Below are positions 55,656 to 64,000 of a stretch of 64,000 nt of DNA, piece after piece (the stretch's first letter is position 1; each line of letters opens with the position of its first letter). The stretch spans positions 45,959 through 109,958 of the forward strand of contig CANQWN010000003.1 of the NCBI GenBank assembly GCA_947627575.1, given 5' to 3'. Both the position numbers and the translations under genes were made by a program. The stretch is from an uncultured Clostridia bacterium. Its GTDB lineage: Bacteria; Bacillota; Clostridia; Christensenellales; Borkfalkiaceae. Below the pieces are notes generated by a model, which had not been told where the DNA came from, ran no database searches, and was given only the letters and a program-made list of their open reading frames with translations.

Positions 55656-56300
55656 ATGGATTTCACTGCCGCGGAAATGGCGATAGGCTATATTTTCAGG
55701 GACAAGCGTCTGCTTGAACGGGCGTTTACTCTGTCCTCCGCAAACAGGACGGAAAACAACCAGAACCTCGAATTTTTCGGTGACGCCGTGCTTGAATTTA
55801 TAGTTTCGGAAAGGCTTTTCGGCGAATGTCCCGACGAGGGGACGATGACGGTCCGCCGCAAAAGCCTCGTTTCGGACAAGGCTTTGCGCCCCGTTTCTTT
55901 AAAGTTGGGGCTGGATAAATTTCTTATACACGGCAAAAACGATTTTTCAAACAAAAAAGCGGTGCCGTCCGTCTACGAGGCTATCGTAGCCGCAATATAT
56001 TTCGACGGCGGCATACAGGCGGCAAAAAATTTCGTATACGCCACGCTGGATTTCAACGCCGCCGGAGAAGACGAAAATTTCAAAGGCGCATTGCAGGAAA
56101 TTTTGCAGTCGGAGGGCAAGCCCCGCCCCGAATATATAAAGCAGAACACGGGCACGCCGCAAAAGCCGCGGTTCAGGATAACCTTAAACGTATCGGGCAA
56201 AACTTTCACCGGGGAAGCGGGCAAACTGAAAACCGCCGAACAGGAAGCCGCGCGCGCGGCGGTGGCTTATTTGAAATCGCGCAATAAGGACGCAAGATGA
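55656..56300 (+). CDS. rnc: ribonuclease III
   Basis: Starts at MDFTAAEMAIGYIFRDKRLLERAF. Carries the NQNLEFFGDAVLEF RNase III signature and a C-terminal dsRBD (GKAGKLKTAEQEAARAA). Confidence 0.9.
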   Translation: MDFTAAEMAIGYIFRDKRLLERAFTLSSANRTENNQNLEFFGDAVLEFIVSERLFGECPDEGTMTVRRKSLVSDKALRPVSLKLGLDKFLIHGKNDFSNKKAVPSVYEAIVAAIYFDGGIQAAKNFVYATLDFNAAGEDENFKGALQEILQSEGKPRPEYIKQNTGTPQKPRFRITLNVSGKTFTGEAGKLKTAEQEAARAAVAYLKSRNKDAR

Positions 56301-59300
56301 TAACTTTCAAAAAAATACAGATAGTCGGCTTTAAATCATTCGCCGATAAAACAGTGATTCCGCTCGACGACGGGGTGACGTGCATAGTAGGGCCCAACGG
56401 TTGCGGCAAATCCAACGTTGCGGACGCAATACGTTGGGTTTTGGGCGAACAGTCCGCAAAAATGATGCGCGGCACGCAGATGCTGGACGTAATTTTCAAC
56501 GGTACGGATAAGCGCCGCCCCATGTCCTTTTGCGAAGTTACCCTCACCTTCGACAATACTTCCCGCATATTCGATATGGATTGCGACGAGATAGAGATGA
56601 CGAGAAGATTATACCGCGACGGCGAAAGCGAATATCTTTTGAACAGGCAGCCCTCGCGTATGAAAGTTCTCACCTCGCTGTTGCACGGCGCGGGCGCCGC
56701 AAAGGAAGGCTATTCTATAATCGGGCAGGGCAGGATAGACCAGATAATGAACAGCAAGCCCGAGGACAGACGTTCGATATTCGAAGAGGCGACGGGTATC
56801 GTCGTATATAAGGACAGAAAAAACGAAACCGAACGCAAACTTGCCGTCGCAAAGGATAATCTTTACATACACAACCAAATCACCGCGGAAAAGGAAAAGC
56901 GAATAGCCCCCCTTGAAAAGGAAGCGGAAAACGCGCTTAAACACCGCGAAATTTCCGCCAAATTGAAGGAACAGGAAACCAACCTGTACATATACCGCCA
57001 CGATACCACCGCGGAAAAACTTGCGGTTATAAACGGCAAGGCGGACGAAATAAAAGGCAAGCTGGACGAGACAGACGCCCTTTTGGCGAAAGAGGACAGC
57101 GATTACGGCGATTACCGCGAAAACAGAAAGCGCGCCGACGAAGAGTACAACGAATACACCGAAAAACTGCGCCTTTACGAAGTGGGGATGGAACACCGTT
57201 CGGGCGAAAGCAGGCTTTACGGCGAAAGGGTACGCGCGCTGAAAGATAAGCTGAACGCCGCGCAGGAAGAATTTACCGTAGCTTCGCGCAGGCTTTCGGA
57301 CGTTGAGAAGGAAACCCGCCTGCTGGAACAGTACATAGTAAACAACAATTCCCGCATAGACGGGTTGAAGAAAAACAGCGAAGCCGATACCGCCGCCCTC
57401 GAAAAACTTAACGGGCGCATATCGGAATACGACTATATGCGCGGGGAACAGCGCAAAAAGGTGATGGATACCATAAAGGACCTGTCTGAACTGCGCAGGA
57501 ATATGGGTTCGCTTGAAGCGCAGAACACCCTGCTTAAAGAGCGGGTTAAAGAACTTTCCTCCGGCAGGGAAAAGTGCCTTGTAAGCCGTTCCGCGCTCCG
57601 CGCAGAATACGACGAAAGCCTCGCCCGCGGCGAAGATTTAAATTCCCTGCTCGGCAACGAGGACGCCGTTTTGGAAGCGGCGGAAAACCGCATAGAGGAA
57701 CAATCCGAAAGGATACGTTCCATAACCTCGCAAATTTACGATACGCAGGCGCAGATAAGCGGGCTTAAAGAAAATTTAAGCACCTACCGCGGCTTGCGCG
57801 ACAGGTTCGACGGGTACGTGTATGCCGTAAAGAACCTGCTTAACGAAGCCCGCCGCGACAGTTGGGTAAGCGACAGGATAGACGCGCTTATAGCGGACGT
57901 GGTAACTACGCCCAAACAGTATGAAGTAGCCATCGAAACGGCGTTCGGCGGCGCGATGCAGGATATCATCACCCGCACCCGCGAGGACGCGCGCGACCTG
58001 ATATTGCTGTTGAAGCGCAACCGTTTGGGGCAGGTTACCTTTTTGCCCATAGACGCGGTGGCGCCCCGTACGGAAAGCGCGCAGATAAAATCCGCCGTGC
58101 GCGATACGGGCGCCGTTGGGTTCGCGGTAGACCTCGTTAAATACGAAAGAAAGTACGAAAACATAATAAGGAACTTGTTGGGCAACACGCTTGTGTGCGA
58201 GGACATACAAAGCGCAACGGCGATATCCGCAAGATATCCGCGCGCCTTCAAAATTGTCACTCTCGACGGCGACCTCATTTCCGCTACGGGTTCGATGACG
58301 GGCGGTTCAAAGAAGGAAAACTCCGCAAACCTGCTTGCCAGCGAACGCCGCATAAAGGAAACGGAGGAAAGCATAAATTCAAAAACCGAATCGCTTGAAC
58401 GTCTGCGCAAAAAACTTACCGAATCGCAGGAAAGCCTTAAAACGGCGGAAACCGAGCGGCAGGAACTTAACGATAAACTTCAGGCGGCGCGCATAGAGCT
58501 TGCCGGGATTTCCGAAAAGCAGTCCGCGCTTTTAAAAAACATATCTTCCGCGGAATCGGAAATAGCGGCGTACAACCAGTCCATAGCCGAACTTGACGAA
58601 AGGCTTAAATCGCTGAACAGCGAATATTCGGGCGTAACCCGCGGCGAAAGCGACCTTCACGCCCTTTCCGAAAGCGCTTCTTCCGAAATAGAGGGGATAA
58701 GCGAGGAATATGAAAAACTGTGCGCGGAGAGGGATTTATTAAACGAAAAGATACATAAAGAGGCGGTGGACATAGCTTCGCTTAACGCAAGCACGCAGGG
58801 GCATACCGAAAACGTGAAGAGGCTGAACGAGGAAAAGACAACGCTTGTCCGCAGAATACAGACCGCAAACGAAAATATCCCCGCAATAAGCGCGGAATTG
58901 CAGGAATTTACCCGTCAGGCGCAGATGTCCGCGCTCACCGAAGAAGAGCGCAAAACGGTGGAAGAACTTGAAGCCAAAACCAAACAATTGCGCGATTACA
59001 GACAGTCTTTGGACGATAAAATTATGCAAAGCGACGCGCGCCGCAGGGAAATTCAAAAGGAAAAGGAACAGTTAACCTACGCCCTCGGTTCGCTTTCGGT
59101 GGAAGCGCAAAAGCTGACTTCCTCGCTTGAAAATCTCGAACAGCGCATAACCGAAGTGTACAACGAAAATTACGAGGGTTGCCTGAAATACAAGATAGAC
59201 GATTTCTCTCCGGAAGAAGCTCCGCGGTTGATAGATAGCTATAGGGCGCAGATAAAGAGCATGGGCTTTATCAACCAGAACGCCGTGGAACAGCTGGAAG

Positions 59301-59899
59301 AGTTGAAGAAAGATTACGAGAAAAAATTAGCCGAAAAAGAGGATATGGAAAAGGCGATAGCAGACCTCAAAATCGCGCTTGACGATATCCGCGCGCAGAT
59401 GCTTAACCAATTCGACGAAGGCTTTAATATAATAGGCGAAAATTTCAAGCGCACTTTCAGGGAACTGTTCGGCGGCGGCAGGGCGGAATTACAGCTTGAT
59501 TACAGCGAAACGGACGACCCTTTGGAAGCGGGCGTGGAAATAACCGCTTGCCCTCCCGGCAAAAAGCTGACAAAAATATCCCTGCTTTCCGGCGGCGAAC
59601 GCGCGCTTACGGCGATAGCCATCCTGTTCGCCATAATAGGTATGCGCCCCATGCCGTTCTGCGTGCTGGACGAAATAGAGGCGGCGCTGGACGAGGCTAA
59701 CGTAGGCAGGTACGCAAGGTATCTTAAAAAGTTTTCTTCCAACACGCAATTTATCGTTATCACGCACCGCAAACCCACGATGGAAAACGCCGACGTGCTT
59801 TTCGGCGTGACGATGGAGGAAAAGGGCGTTTCAAAGATAGTTTCGGTTAAACTTTCCGAAGTTGAAAGCAAGTTGGGCGGCGACACCGTAAGCGACTGA
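56297..59899 (+). CDS. smc: chromosome segregation protein SMC
   Basis: 1200 aa. The N-terminal Walker A is GPNGCGKSNVADAIRWVLGEQS. Long coiled coils flank a hinge, and the C-terminus has LSGGERALTAIAILFA and FCVLDEIEAALD. Confidence 0.95.
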   Translation: MITFKKIQIVGFKSFADKTVIPLDDGVTCIVGPNGCGKSNVADAIRWVLGEQSAKMMRGTQMLDVIFNGTDKRRPMSFCEVTLTFDNTSRIFDMDCDEIEMTRRLYRDGESEYLLNRQPSRMKVLTSLLHGAGAAKEGYSIIGQGRIDQIMNSKPEDRRSIFEEATGIVVYKDRKNETERKLAVAKDNLYIHNQITAEKEKRIAPLEKEAENALKHREISAKLKEQETNLYIYRHDTTAEKLAVINGKADEIKGKLDETDALLAKEDSDYGDYRENRKRADEEYNEYTEKLRLYEVGMEHRSGESRLYGERVRALKDKLNAAQEEFTVASRRLSDVEKETRLLEQYIVNNNSRIDGLKKNSEADTAALEKLNGRISEYDYMRGEQRKKVMDTIKDLSELRRNMGSLEAQNTLLKERVKELSSGREKCLVSRSALRAEYDESLARGEDLNSLLGNEDAVLEAAENRIEEQSERIRSITSQIYDTQAQISGLKENLSTYRGLRDRFDGYVYAVKNLLNEARRDSWVSDRIDALIADVVTTPKQYEVAIETAFGGAMQDIITRTREDARDLILLLKRNRLGQVTFLPIDAVAPRTESAQIKSAVRDTGAVGFAVDLVKYERKYENIIRNLLGNTLVCEDIQSATAISARYPRAFKIVTLDGDLISATGSMTGGSKKENSANLLASERRIKETEESINSKTESLERLRKKLTESQESLKTAETERQELNDKLQAARIELAGISEKQSALLKNISSAESEIAAYNQSIAELDERLKSLNSEYSGVTRGESDLHALSESASSEIEGISEEYEKLCAERDLLNEKIHKEAVDIASLNASTQGHTENVKRLNEEKTTLVRRIQTANENIPAISAELQEFTRQAQMSALTEEERKTVEELEAKTKQLRDYRQSLDDKIMQSDARRREIQKEKEQLTYALGSLSVEAQKLTSSLENLEQRITEVYNENYEGCLKYKIDDFSPEEAPRLIDSYRAQIKSMGFINQNAVEQLEELKKDYEKKLAEKEDMEKAIADLKIALDDIRAQMLNQFDEGFNIIGENFKRTFRELFGGGRAELQLDYSETDDPLEAGVEITACPPGKKLTKISLLSGGERALTAIAILFAIIGMRPMPFCVLDEIEAALDEANVGRYARYLKKFSSNTQFIVITHRKPTMENADVLFGVTMEEKGVSKIVSVKLSEVESKLGGDTVSD

Positions 59900-59931
59900 C
59901 GTGCGCCCGACGGAAACCGCAAGAGGATTCT

Positions 59932-60828
59932 ATGGGTATATTTTCAAAATTAAAAGCCGCGCTTAAAAAAACGCGCGACGGGATTGCAAGCAAACTTTCC
60001 ACGCTGTTTTCGCGCGATAAGATAGGCGCGGAATTTTACGAAGAGTTGGAAGAAATTCTCATAGGGGCGGACGTTTCCGTCACCTGTGCGGAAGAGATAG
60101 TTGAAACCATCCGCGACGAGGCGAAGAAGGAAAAGCTGAAAGATAAGGACTACGTAGTTGAACTTCTGAAAGACCTTATAGGCGAAAAACTTACCGCCGC
60201 GGAGGAGCTGGAAATAGAATGCCCCGCCGTAATAATGCTTGTAGGCGTAAACGGCGTGGGTAAAACCACCACCGTGGGCAAACTTGCCGAATATTTCCTG
60301 CGGCGCGGCAAATCGGTTACCGTGGCGGCGGCGGATACTTTCCGCGCGGCGGCGGCAGACCAGCTTACCGTGTGGGCGGAAAGGGCGAAGGTAAGGATAG
60401 TAAAGCACGAGGAAGGCAGCGACCCTTCCGCCGTAGTTTTCGACGCGATGACTTCCGCCAAGGCAAAGGGAACGGACGTAGTTATAATAGACACTGCCGG
60501 CAGACTGCACGTAAAAGCCAACCTTATGGAAGAGCTTAAAAAGATGTCGCGCGTGGCGGAACGCGAATATCCCCAAGCCAATTTTTACAAGTTGCTTGTG
60601 CTTGACGCCACCACGGGCGGCAACGCCGTAAGTCAGGCGCAACTTTTCGACGAGGCGGTGGAACTCGACGGGATAGTTCTTACAAAGCTGGATAGTTCCG
60701 CAAAGGGCGGTTTCGTCGTATCGCTTTGCGGCGAGCTGGAAATCCCCGTCGCGTTTGTCGGCACGGGCGAAAAGCTGGAAGACCTCGAAGCCTTCAACGC
60801 GGATGAATTTGTGGAGGGGCTGTTCTGA
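59932..60828 (+). CDS. ftsY: signal recognition particle receptor FtsY (short form, NG domain only)
   Basis: Carries VIMLVGVNGVGKTTTVGKLA, DTFRAAA, DTAGRL and TKLD. Confidence 0.93.
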   Translation: MGIFSKLKAALKKTRDGIASKLSTLFSRDKIGAEFYEELEEILIGADVSVTCAEEIVETIRDEAKKEKLKDKDYVVELLKDLIGEKLTAAEELEIECPAVIMLVGVNGVGKTTTVGKLAEYFLRRGKSVTVAAADTFRAAAADQLTVWAERAKVRIVKHEEGSDPSAVVFDAMTSAKAKGTDVVIIDTAGRLHVKANLMEELKKMSRVAEREYPQANFYKLLVLDATTGGNAVSQAQLFDEAVELDGIVLTKLDSSAKGGFVVSLCGELEIPVAFVGTGEKLEDLEAFNADEFVEGLF

Positions 60829-61373
60829 TGACCGAACGCGAAAAGATGTTGGACGGGCAGTTGTACCGCGCGGACGACGGCGAACTTTGCGCCTTGCGCG
60901 CGCACGCAAAAGCGGTGTTGGCTGAAGCGGACGCCTGCGATACGCCCGAAAAGCGCAACCGTAGTTTGCGCCGACTGTTGGGCGGCGCAGGCGAAAACCT
61001 GTACATAGAGCGCGGCTTTTATTGCGATTACGGTTGCAACATATTTGTCGGCGACAATTTCTACTGCAATTACGGCGTGTGTATTCTCGACGTGTGCGCC
61101 GTGAAATTCGGCGACGGCTGTCTGATAGGGCCGCAGGTTGGCATATACGCCGCCACGCACCCGCTTTCCGTTAAGGAACGGGCGGCGGGGCTGGAATACG
61201 GCAAGCCCGTAACGGTAGGCAACAATTGCTGGATAGGCGGCGGAGCGGTGATAAACCCGGGCGTAACTTTGGGGGACAACGTTGTGGTAGGCAGCGGTTC
61301 GGTAGTTACCAAAAGTTTCCTTTCCGACGTGGTGATAGCGGGCAACCCCGCAAAGATAATCAAAAAGTTATAA
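60828..61373 (+). CDS. sugar O-acetyltransferase (maltose/galactoside acetyltransferase-like, left-handed beta-helix)
   Basis: 181 aa. Starts MTEREKMLDGQLY and carries hexapeptide repeats (VGNNCWIGGGAVINPGVTLGDNVVVGSGSVV). Confidence 0.8.
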   Translation: MTEREKMLDGQLYRADDGELCALRAHAKAVLAEADACDTPEKRNRSLRRLLGGAGENLYIERGFYCDYGCNIFVGDNFYCNYGVCILDVCAVKFGDGCLIGPQVGIYAATHPLSVKERAAGLEYGKPVTVGNNCWIGGGAVINPGVTLGDNVVVGSGSVVTKSFLSDVVIAGNPAKIIKKL

Positions 61374-61384
61374 TATATATTGAT

Positions 61385-61412
61385 AAAAAGCCCCGCTTCG
61401 GCGGGGTTTTTT
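61385..61412 (+). terminator. rho-independent terminator
   Basis: AAAAAGCCCCGC-TTCG-GCGGGGTTTTTT. Confidence 0.7.
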
Positions 61413-61487
61413 ATTGCAAAATCTGCCAACGTTCAAGCCGCATAAAAGCGCGGCAACTTCCCAAAATACTTATTGACGGAGGCAAAT

Positions 61488-62084
61488 ATGCAATTTGACG
61501 AAACCAAAACTTATAAAAATCTTGCAAGAAGTTTTGCGGGTGAATCGCAGGCGGGTATGAGATATCAGCTTATAGCCCGCGCGGCAACGCAACAGGGCTA
61601 TTACACGCTTGCAGACACCGTAAAAACAATTGCAAAGAACGAGACGGTTCACGCAAGAAGGTTCTTCGAAGAGCTTAACAAAAACGGCGAGTACCTTGAA
61701 AACATCCCCATAGAGGCAGGGTTCCCCTTCCACGGCGGAACGCTTGAAGAATGTCTTAAACAGGCGGCGGAGGATGAACACAAGGAACACGCCGAAATTT
61801 ATCCCGCCTTCCGGAAGGACGCCGAAGAAGAGGGCTATCCGCAGATAGCAAGTCTTTTCGGTTTGGTGGCGCGCGTAGAAGTTCACCACGAAATGGTTTT
61901 CAATTACCTCTACGAGGCGTTTAAAAAGGGCGTGCTTTTCAGTAACGAATCTCCCATACTATATATTTGCAGCGAATGCGGCTATATGCATACGGCAAAA
62001 AAGGCGTGGGATGTGTGCCCTCTGTGCAATTCAAGTCAGGGCGAAGTCGAATTGCACATCCCGTTCGAGAAGGAGAAAATATGA
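61488..62084 (+). CDS. rbr: rubrerythrin
   Basis: Starts at MQFDETKTYKNLARSFAGESQAGMRYQ, preceded by GGAGG. It has the diiron four-helix motifs (E..H) and a C-terminal rubredoxin-like CSECG...CPLC. Confidence 0.88.
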   Translation: MQFDETKTYKNLARSFAGESQAGMRYQLIARAATQQGYYTLADTVKTIAKNETVHARRFFEELNKNGEYLENIPIEAGFPFHGGTLEECLKQAAEDEHKEHAEIYPAFRKDAEEEGYPQIASLFGLVARVEVHHEMVFNYLYEAFKKGVLFSNESPILYICSECGYMHTAKKAWDVCPLCNSSQGEVELHIPFEKEKI

Positions 62085-62173
62085 GAAAGACCAACGAAAA
62101 CAAGCAGAATTCCAAAAATAAGGACTGCGGCGGTAAGAATTGTGGCAGCAAAAGCTCGAAGAACTGCAAATAA
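62081..62173 (+). CDS. 30-aa Lys/Asn/Cys-rich micro-ORF, translationally coupled to rbr (possibly the 5' part of a frame-broken ~59-aa ORF ending at 62261)
   Basis: MRKTNENKQNSKNKDCGGKNCGSKSSKNCK. AAGGAG lies 5 nt upstream, and the ATGA start overlaps the rbr stop. The +1 frame continues as (K)FADNFDPNGSYTGVCLDGGKPVQDADDL to a TAA at 62259-62261, and the terminator follows that stop. Confidence 0.4.
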   Translation: MRKTNENKQNSKNKDCGGKNCGSKSSKNCK

Positions 62174-62277
62174 GTTTGCAGACAATTTCGATCCCAACGG
62201 AAGTTATACGGGCGTATGTCTCGACGGGGGTAAACCCGTGCAGGACGCAGACGATCTATAAACCGGGATCACCGCGG

Positions 62278-62313
62278 GCGGCGGACGGATATTTATCCGT
62301 CCGCCGCTTTTTT
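62278..62313 (+). terminator. rho-independent terminator
   Basis: 13-bp stem GCGGCGGACGGAT / ATCCGTCCGCCGC followed by a T6 run. Confidence 0.7.
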
Positions 62314-62324
62314 CCGAAATATCG

Positions 62325-62353
62325 TTGACAAACGCCGCATCCGCGGATAATAT
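62325..62353 (+). promoter_or_regulatory. promoter of the ABC transporter operon
   Basis: TTGACA, a 17-nt spacer, then TAATAT. Confidence 0.5.
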
Positions 62354-62385
62354 ATAAAGTGCAAAAAAACGTCGCAGGTAAATTT

Positions 62386-63105
62386 ATGAAGATTTTAACT
62401 ACGGATAATCTTACCAAAAAGTATTACGGCGTGCCCGCGCTGGACGGCGTAACTTTAAGCGTGGAAGAGGGCGAAATATACGGGCTTGTGGGCAGAAACG
62501 GCGCAGGCAAAACTACGCTTATCAGGGTAGTAGCCGGGTTGGCGCGCAAATCCTCCGGCGCATATTCCGTTTTCGGTATTTCCGACGGCGATAAAAATCT
62601 GAACGCCGCAAGGAAGGATATGCGGGTAATGGTGGAATCGGCAACTTTTTATCCCGGGCTGTCTGCCGAGCGCAATATGCGCATGCAGTGTACGCTTATG
62701 GGCGAAGACCCCGCCTGCATACCGCAGATATTGCACGAAGTGGAACTTGACGGCGTGGGCAAAAAACCCGCCAAAAATTTTTCGTTGGGTATGCGCCAAA
62801 GGCTTGCCATAGCTATGGCTATGATAGGCTCGCCGCGGCTGATGCTGTTGGACGAACCCACAAACGGGCTTGACCCCGAAGGTATTTACAGGATACGCGA
62901 ACTGCTTATAAAGCTGAACAGGGAAAGGGGCGTTACAATGCTTGTTTCAAGCCACATATTGCCCGAACTTTCAAAATTCGCAACCCGCTACGGGTTTATC
63001 GAAGGCGGGCGGCTTATAAAGGAGCTGACGCACGAACAGCTGGAAGAAGAGTGCGGCGGCGACCTTGAAAGTTACTACATGCGTCTGATAGGGGGCGGCA
63101 TATGA
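62386..63105 (+). CDS. ABC transporter ATP-binding protein
   Basis: Starts at MKILTTDNLTKKY. Carries Walker A GRNGAGKTT, the signature-like FSLGMRQRLAIA, and Walker B LMLLDEPTNGLD. Confidence 0.88.
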   Translation: MKILTTDNLTKKYYGVPALDGVTLSVEEGEIYGLVGRNGAGKTTLIRVVAGLARKSSGAYSVFGISDGDKNLNAARKDMRVMVESATFYPGLSAERNMRMQCTLMGEDPACIPQILHEVELDGVGKKPAKNFSLGMRQRLAIAMAMIGSPRLMLLDEPTNGLDPEGIYRIRELLIKLNRERGVTMLVSSHILPELSKFATRYGFIEGGRLIKELTHEQLEEECGGDLESYYMRLIGGGI

Positions 63106-63923
63106 AAAAGGTTTTTGTTTCGTTTGCGCGGCTTATGCGCGCGGATTTTTACAGGCTTTTCCGTTCCGCGGCGTTCTATGTCATTTTCGGCTTGATGGCG
63201 GGCTTAAACTTGCTTAACATCCTCTTCTCGCGGTTGAGCAACAGCTTGCTTATCGCGTGGGAGGGCGAAAACTCGCTTGGCGTCGTCAGGGTAAATTCGC
63301 TGTTTGCGGATAGCTTTTCATACGGCAATATGGGGCTGTTTATTGTTATTTTTATGTGCGTTTTCATATGCGCGGAATTTAAAAACAATACCGTAAGGAA
63401 CAAGATAACCCTCGGCTATTCGCGCACGCTTATCTATTTTTCGTCGCTTATTTTCAATTACGCGATAATGGCGGGCGCGGCGGTTCTCGTTTCGCTTATA
63501 CTTTTCGCCGTAGGCACGCCCGTTCTCGGTTGGGAATATACCGAACAGAGTATGGCGCTTGCGCTGTACGCGCTGTTTGCCCTTTTGCCGCTTGTCGCGC
63601 TTATACATACGATAATTTTCGGTTCCCGCTCGCTGGGCATAAGTCTCGGCGTGGGGTTGCCCGGCATAATAGTTCTGCCGTCTATGTTCGCTTTGCTGGC
63701 GTTATTCGCAGGGCGTTTCAAAGGCGTGGAATGGATGGTTCGCCTCATATTTTTGGCTATGGAAGAATTTATCCCGATGACGGTAAACGCTTCCTCTGTT
63801 TTCGGCGAAAGCGCGATATATTTAAGCAATTTGCCTTTAAACGCAAGTCTTTCGTATATCCTCTGGACGGCGCTGTTCATAGTCCTCGGCTGGCTTTCGT
63901 TCCGCCGCGCGGACATCAAATAA
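63102..63923 (+). CDS. ABC-2-type transporter permease
   Basis: 273 aa with about six hydrophobic segments. Its ATGA start overlaps the ATPase stop. Confidence 0.72.
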   Translation: MKKVFVSFARLMRADFYRLFRSAAFYVIFGLMAGLNLLNILFSRLSNSLLIAWEGENSLGVVRVNSLFADSFSYGNMGLFIVIFMCVFICAEFKNNTVRNKITLGYSRTLIYFSSLIFNYAIMAGAAVLVSLILFAVGTPVLGWEYTEQSMALALYALFALLPLVALIHTIIFGSRSLGISLGVGLPGIIVLPSMFALLALFAGRFKGVEWMVRLIFLAMEEFIPMTVNASSVFGESAIYLSNLPLNASLSYILWTALFIVLGWLSFRRADIK

Positions 63924-63935
63924 ATAATAAAAGTT

Positions 63936-63968
63936 GCGGGCGCGACTATCTGCCGCGCCCGCATTTTT
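63936..63968 (+). terminator. rho-independent terminator
   Basis: GCGGGCGCG-loop-CGCGCCCGC followed by ATTTTTAT. Confidence 0.6.
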
Positions 63969-64000
63969 ATGCACTTGAAACGGGTTACATATTTCCACAA

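Overview
The window looks like a chromosomal segment from a spore-forming Clostridia-type Firmicute. It carries spoIVA and spoIIE, and by eye it is GC-rich, with long stop-free antisense frames. Most of it is tightly packed housekeeping DNA:
- ilvD-ilvN-ilvB
- a Glu/Met/fMet tRNA operon next to tilS
- a GH3 / hydrolase / ATP-grasp operon
- spoIVA, RNase J, trmR-trhP-aroA, dinB
- a nitrogen block (type III glutamine synthetase, ClC, and a split archaeal-type glutamate synthase with purA embedded in it)
- dapF-pyrG-dapL-malQ
- an inverted spoIIE-mnmG-dnaA block facing recF
- plsX-rnc-smc-ftsY, rubrerythrin, and an ABC-2 transporter

The one clearly accessory stretch is an AT-rich islet of about 4 kb (about 5345-9418) between hsp20 and the tRNA operon. 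It carries an AbiH-like abortive-infection gene, an SPPY-type DNA methyltransferase, an MvaI/BcnI-family restriction endonuclease and a C-protein-like HTH regulator. I saw no integrase or transposase. Imperfect direct repeats of about 50 bp with a conserved stem-loop bracket the islet, and three hairpins separate it from the tRNA operon.

Other points worth a second look:
- dnaA lacks dnaN, rpmH and any visible DnaA-box cluster.
- A Cys-rich micro-ORF overlaps the rubrerythrin stop codon and is broken by a +1 frame change.
- A 617-aa acidic repeat protein has no function I can assign.
- purA sits inside the split GOGAT operon.

I found no CRISPR array, rRNA or IS element. All family assignments come from motif recognition by eye; no database search was run.
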